Positions 29,008 to 35,762 of a stretch of DNA of 64,000 bases are shown here, piece after piece. The stretch's first letter is position 1. Each line of letters starts with the position of its first letter. Position numbers and translations under genes: made by a program. The DNA is taken from the NCBI GenBank assembly GCA_049419705.1, contig JBMSKH010000003.1:18142-82141 (forward strand). The letters run 5' to 3'. The stretch comes from Opitutales bacterium (lineage in GTDB: Bacteria; Verrucomicrobiota; Verrucomicrobiia; Opitutales; UBA953). The notes under the pieces are model-generated. The model was not told the DNA's origin, searched no databases, and saw nothing but the letters and a program-made list of their open reading frames with translations.

Positions 29008-29094
29008 GGAGGGATATCCAAGTGGCTAAAGGGCGCGGACTGTAAATCCGTTCAGCTATGCTGTTCGTGGGTTCAAATCCCACTCCCTCCACCA
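29008..29094 (+). tRNA. tRNA-Tyr (anticodon GUA), class II with a long variable arm, CCA encoded
   Basis: GGAGGGATATCCAAGTGGCTAAAGGGCGCGGACTGTAAATCCGTTCAGCTATGCTGTTCGTGGGTTCAAATCCCACTCCCTCCACCA. Anticodon loop CTGTAAA. Confidence 0.95.
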
Positions 29095-29156
29095 CGAAAC
29101 GGGACCGTCGTCCCCTGGCGCTTGCGCCGGGGGCGGCTTCGTCCATCCTACCCCTC

Positions 29157-29420
29157 ATGGCCGTCCGCCGCTACAGCGTCATCCGACCCGATGGATCCGA
29201 GGGCGAGCTGCTCGAGGTCGACCAACCGCTCTCCGCGCCGGATCTCACGACACATCCGCTGACCGGCGAGCCCCTGCGGCGCATGATCGAGAACCCGACG
29301 CTCTCCGGCCGCTGGACCGACCGGGCAATGGGCGCCGCCGCCAAGGACTCCACCAAACTCAAGGCCGGAGGCTTCCGGAAGCTCGAGCGCGACGGGGATA
29401 GCTGGCGCGACGTCACCTGA
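29157..29420 (+). CDS. hypothetical small protein (FmdB-like layout but without cysteines)
   Basis: 'MAVRRYSVIRPDGSEGELLEVDQPLSAPDLTTHPLTGEPLRRMI' parallels the FmdB 'YEYxCxxCG..fE....CPxCG' spacing with every Cys replaced. Start re-set, because the track ORF begins inside tRNA-Tyr. Confidence 0.45.
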   Translation: MAVRRYSVIRPDGSEGELLEVDQPLSAPDLTTHPLTGEPLRRMIENPTLSGRWTDRAMGAAAKDSTKLKAGGFRKLERDGDSWRDVT

Positions 29421-29424
29421 CCCG

Positions 29425-29811
29425 ATGTCCGACGCGCCGCTCATCGTGCTTTTCGACGCCCGCTGCGGCCTCTGCGAGCGGAGCATCACCTGGCTGAGGA
29501 GTCGCGACCGGAAAGGCATACTGCTTTTCGCGCCCAATGACGGCGTCACCGCGCGCCTCGCCGGCGAACCCGCCGGTGGTGAGGACGCCGGCCTCGTCGT
29601 GCTCGAGGGCTCGCGCCGTCGAGTCGGCGCCGCCGGACTCGCCCGCGCACTGCGCGCCCTCGGCGGAGCCTGGGCCTTGGCCGGGCGTGCGCTCGACGCC
29701 CTGCCGCGCCCGGTCGCGGACGCGGTCTACAGTTGGATAGCCGGGAACCGACAAAGCGTCAGCAACCTCTGCGACCTGCGGCCAAAGGGTCGGCTGGAGA
29801 TTCTGGATTAA
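29425..29811 (+). CDS. thiol-disulfide oxidoreductase DCC family (DUF393)
   Basis: 'LIVLFDARCGLCERSITWL' with a CxxC motif. The size and layout fit DCC proteins. Confidence 0.75.
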   Translation: MSDAPLIVLFDARCGLCERSITWLRSRDRKGILLFAPNDGVTARLAGEPAGGEDAGLVVLEGSRRRVGAAGLARALRALGGAWALAGRALDALPRPVADAVYSWIAGNRQSVSNLCDLRPKGRLEILD

Positions 29812-29827
29812 GTCATGGACGGCGCAT

Positions 29828-29851
29828 CCGGTGACCGGTCACCGGTGACCG
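29828..29851. repeat. GGTSACC heptamer triplet (CC GGTGACC GGTCACC GGTGACC G), self-complementary
   Basis: Read directly. Perfect palindrome CCGGTGACCGGTCACCGG. Confidence 0.7.
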
Positions 29852-29948
29852 CTGCGAGAACTCGCTGAAGCTCGTTGCCAACGACACGGCAGGCCAACGC
29901 TGTCAGGGCTCGTGCTTCGCACGGGCCAAGGCAGCCGCAGGCTTGTGC

Positions 29949-29973
29949 GACCGGTCACCCGTCACCGGTCACC
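29949..29973. repeat. second GGTSACC-type heptamer triplet (GACC GGTCACC CGTCACC GGTCACC)
   Basis: Read directly. It differs at 2 positions from the reverse complement of the 29830-29850 array. The two arrays bracket about 97 bp in a convergent intergenic region. Confidence 0.7.
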
Positions 29974-29981
29974 AGAGCATT

Positions 29982-31946
29982 TCACCTCCGCGTGTCGCGC
30001 GGGTCGAAGGCGTCACGCAGGCCGTCGCCGACGAAGTTCAGCGCCAGCAGCGTCGTGGCGAAGATCACCGCGGGTGAGAGCAGCACCCACGGGCACTCCT
30101 CCATCACGTCGGCACCATCCTTGATGAGCATGCCCCACGAGGTCATGGGCACCTGCACGCCGAGCCCGAGGAAGGAGACGAAGGCCTCGAGCAACATCAC
30201 GCCCGGCACGGTCAGCGTCGCATAGATGGCGAGCGTGCCCGCGAGATTCGGCAGGTAGTGCTTCCAGATGATGCGACCCGTGGTGGCGCCCATGACCTCG
30301 GCCGCCTGGACGAACTGCGTCGAGCGCAGCGTGATGACCTCGTTGCGGACGACGCGCGCCATGGTCAGCCAGGAGATGCCGCCGACCACGAGGTAGAGCA
30401 GCCAGAGGTCCTGGCCGAAGACCACGGTGCAGAGGATGATGATGAGGGTGAGGGGCAGCGTGCCGATCACGTCGACCGCGCGCATCATGGCGTCGCCGAT
30501 GCGCCCGCCGAGCTGGGCCGCGGTCACGCCGTAGGCTGTGCCGAAGACAAGCGCGATGACCGTGGCGATGAGTCCGACCAGGATCGAGACGCGGCCGCCG
30601 AGCAACACGCGCGAGAGCAGATCCCGGCCGAGAACGTCGGTGCCCAGCCAGTGGGCGGACGAGGGCCCGGTGGGGCCGAGCGCCAGGTCCTGCGCCCGGT
30701 AGTCATACGGCGCGAGCTGGTCGGCGAACAGGCAGGCCAGACCGACCACGATGAGGAACGCGCCGGCGATGACCGCGGCGCGGTTGCGCGAGAAGCGCTC
30801 CCAGCCGCGCGAGAGCGCCCAGCCGACCACGGCGGCAAGGAGGAGCAGGAGCACTCCGACCAGAACGCCGGCTGCGATGCGCAGGCCGGATGAGGCGGTC
30901 CATCCCGAGAAACCGTGCTCCGCGCACCAGCCCTGCAGGGCGACGCCGCCGAGGTAAAGTCCGAGCAGGGCGAGCGGCGCGAGCGCGAGCGCGAGGAGGT
31001 AACCGATGCCGAGCCCACCCTCCGCGCCGTGCGCAAGCTTGCGGCGCGGGTTGAGCCAGGCGAGCAGCAGGTCGGCGCCGAGGTTCAGGATGAGCAGGGA
31101 GGCGGCGTAAAGCACCGTCATGCCCACAATCATCGTGGCATCGCGATTGGTGACCGAGGCGACGAAGAACCGGCCGAGACCGGGGACGTCGAACATCGAC
31201 TCGACCACGAAGGACCCTGAGACGAGACCGGCGGCGGCTGGCGCGAGGTAGGTCACCACCGGTAGCAGCGCGTTGCGCAGCGTGTGCACAAACCAGACGC
31301 GGAAGGGGCCGAGGCCCTTGGCGCGGGCGGTGCGCACGAAGTCGAGCCCGCGCACCTCCATCATGGCGCCGCGCGTCAGGCGGGCAATCGGCGCCGCGAC
31401 CACGATGCCGAGCGTCAGCGCCGGCAACACCAAGTGCTCAGGTCGACCCCAGCCGCAGGGCGGGACCCAACCGAGCCAGCGCGAGAGCACGAGCGAGAGC
31501 AACGGTCCGATGACGAACGATGGGAGGCAGATACCGACCAGCGACAACCCCATCGGGATACGGTCGAGCCAGGAATTGGGACGGGAGGAGGCGAGGACGC
31601 CGACCGGTATGCCGACCGCGATGGCGAGCGCGAGCGCGGCGAGTCCGAGCTGGGCCGAGACCGGGATGCGCGGTCCGACGAGCTCGTTGACCGTCCAGCC
31701 TTGGTACTTGGTCGAGAGACCGAGGTCGCCCTGGGCTAGATTGGAGAGATAGCGGCCGTACTGAACGTACACCGGCTGGTCGAGACCGTAGAACTTCTCA
31801 TAGCGCGCCTTGACCGCGGCGGGCATGGCGCGGTCGGAATCGAAAGGACTGCCCGGGACGACCTTCACGAGCAGGAAGGCGGCGGTCACCACCACCAGCA
31901 GCACGGGGATAATCTCGGCCAGCCGGCGAAGCAGGTAGGCGCCCAT
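29982..31946 (-). CDS. fused ABC peptide/nickel-type permease (OppB/DppB-like N-half + OppC/DppC-like C-half)
   Basis: N-half 'YLLRRLAEIIPVLLVVVTAAFLLVKVVPGSPF..YGLDQPVYVQYGRYL'. C-half 'HWLGTDVLGRDLLSRVLLGGRVSILVGL'. Two extra hydrophobic helices lie between the halves. Confidence 0.8.
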   Translation of the reverse strand: MGAYLLRRLAEIIPVLLVVVTAAFLLVKVVPGSPFDSDRAMPAAVKARYEKFYGLDQPVYVQYGRYLSNLAQGDLGLSTKYQGWTVNELVGPRIPVSAQLGLAALALAIAVGIPVGVLASSRPNSWLDRIPMGLSLVGICLPSFVIGPLLSLVLSRWLGWVPPCGWGRPEHLVLPALTLGIVVAAPIARLTRGAMMEVRGLDFVRTARAKGLGPFRVWFVHTLRNALLPVVTYLAPAAAGLVSGSFVVESMFDVPGLGRFFVASVTNRDATMIVGMTVLYAASLLILNLGADLLLAWLNPRRKLAHGAEGGLGIGYLLALALAPLALLGLYLGGVALQGWCAEHGFSGWTASSGLRIAAGVLVGVLLLLLAAVVGWALSRGWERFSRNRAAVIAGAFLIVVGLACLFADQLAPYDYRAQDLALGPTGPSSAHWLGTDVLGRDLLSRVLLGGRVSILVGLIATVIALVFGTAYGVTAAQLGGRIGDAMMRAVDVIGTLPLTLIIILCTVVFGQDLWLLYLVVGGISWLTMARVVRNEVITLRSTQFVQAAEVMGATTGRIIWKHYLPNLAGTLAIYATLTVPGVMLLEAFVSFLGLGVQVPMTSWGMLIKDGADVMEECPWVLLSPAVIFATTLLALNFVGDGLRDAFDPRDTRR

Positions 31947-31948
31947 GG

Positions 31949-32212
31949 TCAGCGCGCGCCTTCCTTGGCACGCTCCTCCATCTCCGCGGTCGTCGGCGGC
32001 GGCGGGAGCTTGCCGGAGACCGCGGATGTGCCGGTCTTGCGTCCGATCACGTCGTACTCGCTCTCACGCACCGCGCCGGTGGACAACATGTGCTGTCGGC
32101 GCATCGCGCGATCCTGCTCGGCCTTGCGCTCAAGCTCAGCCTGGCGCTGCTCGTCGGAGAGCACATTGCACCCGACCTGGAGGAGGCAGAGTGTGAGCAG
32201 GGCGAAGCGCAT
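31949..32212 (-). CDS. hypothetical small lipoprotein-like protein
   Basis: 'MRFALLTLCLLQVGC' is an imperfect lipobox. The stop lies 2 nt before the permease start. No family recognised. Confidence 0.45.
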   Translation of the reverse strand: MRFALLTLCLLQVGCNVLSDEQRQAELERKAEQDRAMRRQHMLSTGAVRESEYDVIGRKTGTSAVSGKLPPPPTTAEMEERAKEGAR

Positions 32213-32313
32213 GCCTCACTTAAGGAAAAACCAGCCCCGCAGGGCAACGCAGGACTCAGGTCAGGGGTTTTTGCTCCCCCCGGGAGCCGAAGCACGATAG
32301 GGCTTGGTCAACG

Positions 32314-33111
32314 ATGTCCACCCTGCCCTCCGCCATCGGCTTCCCCGCCGGCCTGCTCGGCAAGGAAACCCTGCGCGTCGACGTGCTCGGCGGCGGCCCC
32401 GGTTGGGTCGCATTGGACAAGCCCGCCGAGGTCGCGCTCGAGGATCATCCCTGGCAGGACGGCGCACCCACCCTGCTCGCGGGAATCCGCTCGCAGCTCG
32501 CCAACGCCAAACCGGAGATGGTCCGTCTGGGTCTCACCGAGCCCGCCGTGGTGCTCGGACCCGAGCCCGAGCTCGCCGGCATCGCCATCCTCGCCGACCG
32601 CGCGAGCACGCTCGCCAACTGGCGCGAGGCCCTCGGCTCCGGCGCGATCACCTCGACCTATGAGATGCTCGCGCGCACCGAGGACGCGCCCGAGGAAGGC
32701 GGGCTCTGCGACCTGCCGCTGCACATGGACGAGACCCGCCGCCGCGCCGGCGTCTCGCACAAGCGCGGCAAGCAGTCCGAGACCCGCTTCGCCCCGGGGG
32801 CCATCATGGGACGCTGGCGGCTCTGGACGGCGACCTGCACGCTCGCGCGTCGCGACCAGATTCAGGTGCACGCCAACGAATGCGGCATCCGCATCGCTGG
32901 CGAGCTTCGCTACGGCCGCACAGGTCGCGTCACCCTCGCCGAGACCGTGCCCAACGGCCGCCTCAACAAGGGCGGCGACAAGCCCCTGCACCGCGGCGTG
33001 CTGCTCCGCCTAGCCGTGGTCGAGGGCAACGTGGGCGGCACCGCCTTCCGCATCGAGGCGCCGCGGCCCGATGACTTCGCCGCGGCGGTGCGGCGGCTGG
33101 AAAAGCAGTGA
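32314..33111 (+). CDS. RluA-family pseudouridine-synthase-like protein with a degenerate catalytic motif
   Basis: 'WVALDKPAEV', 'ELAGIAILA' and 'RRDQIQVHANECGIRIAGELRYG' align by eye with RluA motifs. The 'HRLD' position reads 'LGPE' (nt 32554-32565). Confidence 0.55.
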   Translation: MSTLPSAIGFPAGLLGKETLRVDVLGGGPGWVALDKPAEVALEDHPWQDGAPTLLAGIRSQLANAKPEMVRLGLTEPAVVLGPEPELAGIAILADRASTLANWREALGSGAITSTYEMLARTEDAPEEGGLCDLPLHMDETRRRAGVSHKRGKQSETRFAPGAIMGRWRLWTATCTLARRDQIQVHANECGIRIAGELRYGRTGRVTLAETVPNGRLNKGGDKPLHRGVLLRLAVVEGNVGGTAFRIEAPRPDDFAAAVRRLEKQ

Positions 33112-33115
33112 GCGC

Positions 33116-33140
33116 AAAAAGGCCGGGCATCTGCCCGGCC
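33116..33140 (-). terminator. rho-independent terminator of rpsT
   Basis: Minus strand: GGCCGGGC-AGAT-GCCCGGCC followed by TTTTT. Confidence 0.75.
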
Positions 33141-33161
33141 CGTCGGAGGCTATCGCCCCGC

Positions 33162-33407
33162 TTACTTCTTCGCGGCGGCGAGCTTCCTGGCGATCGCAGC
33201 CTTGAGGCGGTTCGCCTTGTTGCGGTGGATCACGCCCTTCTTCACGGCCTTGTCGAGGGACGAGGCGCTGAGGGAGCCCTTGGCAACCGAGGGGGCTGCG
33301 CCGAAGTCCTTGAGCACGCTCTTGAGGCGGGTGCGCACGATGCGGTTGCTGGCGGCGCGCTTGGCGGTCTGCCGGATGCTCTTCTTGTTCGCTTTGATGT
33401 TGGCCAT
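33162..33407 (-). CDS. rpsT: 30S ribosomal protein S20
   Basis: 'MANIKANKKSIRQTAKRAASNRIVRTRLKS'. Confidence 0.9.
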   Translation of the reverse strand: MANIKANKKSIRQTAKRAASNRIVRTRLKSVLKDFGAAPSVAKGSLSASSLDKAVKKGVIHRNKANRLKAAIARKLAAAKK

Positions 33408-33460
33408 TGGAAGGGACAGGGAAGCCGCCGGAGGGGGGCTGAGTCAATGCCGATTTGGAC

Positions 33461-34081
33461 TTAACCCAGGAAGGGTATCCGGAATCGGTCGCGGGTGCGG
33501 ACATAGCCGTCGGGGCTCTCCATGCGCCCGATGGGCGCGTGGTCGGCCACGCGCACGCGCCAGGTGGCGGGATCGGCGAGACCCGCGCGCACATGCGCGA
33601 GCAGGGCCTCGAGGACCACGAGGCGGTTGTCGCCATAGCGGCGGATGTCGAGCACACGGCACTCCAGGGCGACGGGGCACTCGGCGATGCGGGGAGGACG
33701 CACGCGCTCCGAGGGAAGCGTGCCGAGACCGGTCGCGCCGAGCTCGGAGACGCCGGGCGGGAGCGGCGCGGCGCAGGCGACCATGCGCGCGGCCATCGGC
33801 TCGTCGACGATGTGGACCACGGCCTCGCCGTTGGCGATGAGGTTGGCCGCGGTGTCCTTGGGGGTGCCGTCATCGCGATCAGCCGGGGCGAGCACGACCA
33901 TCGGCGGCTCCGCACCCATCAGGTTGAAGAAGGAGAACGGCGCGGCGTTGGCACGGCCGGCGGCGTCGACGGTGGTGACGAGCGCAATGGGGCGCGGCAC
34001 GACAAGCGCGGCAAGCAGCTTGTAGGCCATACCGCCGTGGTGGGCGGCAAGGTCGAAGCGGTCGAAGGCCGGCGCGCTCAC
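33461..34081 (-). CDS. flavin reductase-like FMN-binding split-barrel protein
   Basis: 'RPIALVTTVDAAGRANAAPFSFFN' and 'PRIAECPVALECRV'. Start re-set to GTG 34081, which overlaps the lspA stop as GTGA. The track's 249-aa start lies inside lspA. Confidence 0.75.
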   Translation of the reverse strand: MSAPAFDRFDLAAHHGGMAYKLLAALVVPRPIALVTTVDAAGRANAAPFSFFNLMGAEPPMVVLAPADRDDGTPKDTAANLIANGEAVVHIVDEPMAARMVACAAPLPPGVSELGATGLGTLPSERVRPPRIAECPVALECRVLDIRRYGDNRLVVLEALLAHVRAGLADPATWRVRVADHAPIGRMESPDGYVRTRDRFRIPFLG

Positions 34082-34644
34082 GGCAACGGGTTGCCGCCGG
34101 ACTGCGCCTCGATGCGCTCGCGCAGGCGGCGGTCCTGGCGCCAGAGCAGCACGAAATAGAGCGCGACACCAACGCAGATGCAGGCGTCGGCGACGTTGAA
34201 CGCGGGCCAATGGTAGCTGCCGAAGAGGCGGAAAGGCAGGCGGATGTCGACGAAGTCAACCACGTGCGAGCGCGCCACGCGGTCGCAGACGTTGCCGACG
34301 GCACCGCCGATAAAGAGTCCAAAGGCGAACTGCCCGCCCTCGAGCTCGTGGAGGAACTCGCGGCGCTTGAACCAGACGAAGGCGAGCACGGCGAGCGCAA
34401 GCCCGACGAGGAAGAAGGGGGTCGCGCCATGGCCGGCACCCGCACCCCAGGCGGCACCCTTGTTGCCGACGTGCACGAGGTGCAAGGTTTCGCCCAACAC
34501 GGAGATGGTCTGCCCGCTGCCCGGGATGTCGGGATCGGCGAACTCGATGTGCCGCACCACGAGGAACTTCGTCAGCTGGTCCGCCGCCAGCACAAGCAGC
34601 GAGACCAGCCAGAAATTCGCGTAAGGGCGGAGGCGGTCGATCAC
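34078..34644 (-). CDS. lspA: lipoprotein signal peptidase (signal peptidase II)
   Basis: 'LAADQLTK', 'GNKGAAWG', 'PAFNVADA'. Four TM helices. Confidence 0.9.
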   Translation of the reverse strand: MIDRLRPYANFWLVSLLVLAADQLTKFLVVRHIEFADPDIPGSGQTISVLGETLHLVHVGNKGAAWGAGAGHGATPFFLVGLALAVLAFVWFKRREFLHELEGGQFAFGLFIGGAVGNVCDRVARSHVVDFVDIRLPFRLFGSYHWPAFNVADACICVGVALYFVLLWRQDRRLRERIEAQSGGNPLP

Positions 34645-34649
34645 GGAGC

Positions 34650-35732
34650 TCAGGTCTCCTCGGGATCACCCTCGCCACCACCGCCACCGGTGCCGAAGCC
34701 GACCTCGTCGCCATCGGCGCCGAGCGGGTTGCCGCCGCGGCGGCGCATCGCGCGACGCTGACGCTCGAGCTCGCGCTGGCCCTCGACCGTGTAGCGCGTG
34801 AACGGCACCGAGACCAGGCGGGCGGGAGGAATCGGGCGACCGGTGACCTCGCAGACGCCGTAGGTGCCCTGCTTGATGCGCTCGATGGCATCATCGATCT
34901 CCTTGATGGTCTGCTGCTCGCTGGAGATGAGCGAGAGGGCGAAGTCGCGGTCGGCGGTGTCGGTGCCAGCGTCGGCCATGTGCTGCGAGTAACCGGAGAG
35001 GTCACCGGCATCGTCCTTGCCGGACTTCTTCAGAGCCTCCTCGGTGTGGAGGGCTAGGCCGCGCTCGAGCTTGGCACGCATCTCGGTGAGCAGCTTGTGG
35101 TAACGGCGGAACTTCTCGGGGATCTTGCGGGCGTCCTGCGCGGGGTCGGCCTTCTTGAAGGGGTTGAAACCGAAGAGGCTGGCCAGGGAGGCGGCGCCGA
35201 CCGCGTTGGGCTTGCCGGCGTTCGACTTGCTCTCGCCCTTGGCACCGCGCTCCTTCGACTTGCGCTCCTCGTCGGGGATCCAAAGGTTCAGGCGGACGTT
35301 ACGGCGACCCTTCAGGTACTCGCGCACGTCATCGACCGTGAAGACCAACAGCTTGGGCCGGGCGACGGGCGCCTCGATCGGCGAGGCCTGATGATGCCCC
35401 TGGCGATGGGACTCGAGGAGCTTGCGCTGGGCTTCATGCGAGAGCGCAGGGTCGGCCTTGGTCGCGGCCTTGCCGGACTTGCCCTTGGCAGCGGGGGCGA
35501 CGGGTGCGGCAGCCTTGCCCTTCGCGGCACCCTTGGCGGGAGCGATGGGCGCCTTGCCCTTCGCGGCCGGGGCGACCTTGCCCTTGGCGGCGACCTTGGC
35601 GGGAGCCTTGGCCTTCGCGACGGGCTTCGTCTTGGGGACAACCTTCTTCGCGGGCTTGGGTGCGGGCTTCTTGGCCGGCTTGGCCTTGGCGGCGGGCTTC
35701 TTCTTCGCGACGGGTTTCTTCTTGGATGCCAT
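34650..35732 (-). CDS. DksA/TraR-family protein with a ~93-aa Lys/Ala/Pro-rich (histone-H1-like) N-terminal tail and a Gly/acidic C-tail
   Basis: Tail 'MASKKKPVAKKKPAAKAKPAKKPAPKPAKKVVPKTKPVAKAKAPAK...' (nt 35454-35732). DksA-like core about aa 205-325, ending 'IERIKQGTYGVCEVTGRPIPPARLVSVPFTRYTVEGQ', a single-Cys variant of the C4 finger. Confidence 0.75.
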   Translation of the reverse strand: MASKKKPVAKKKPAAKAKPAKKPAPKPAKKVVPKTKPVAKAKAPAKVAAKGKVAPAAKGKAPIAPAKGAAKGKAAAPVAPAAKGKSGKAATKADPALSHEAQRKLLESHRQGHHQASPIEAPVARPKLLVFTVDDVREYLKGRRNVRLNLWIPDEERKSKERGAKGESKSNAGKPNAVGAASLASLFGFNPFKKADPAQDARKIPEKFRRYHKLLTEMRAKLERGLALHTEEALKKSGKDDAGDLSGYSQHMADAGTDTADRDFALSLISSEQQTIKEIDDAIERIKQGTYGVCEVTGRPIPPARLVSVPFTRYTVEGQRELERQRRAMRRRGGNPLGADGDEVGFGTGGGGGEGDPEET

Positions 35733-35762
35733 GAGGATGATTGAGGTTAAGGGGATGTCGGC

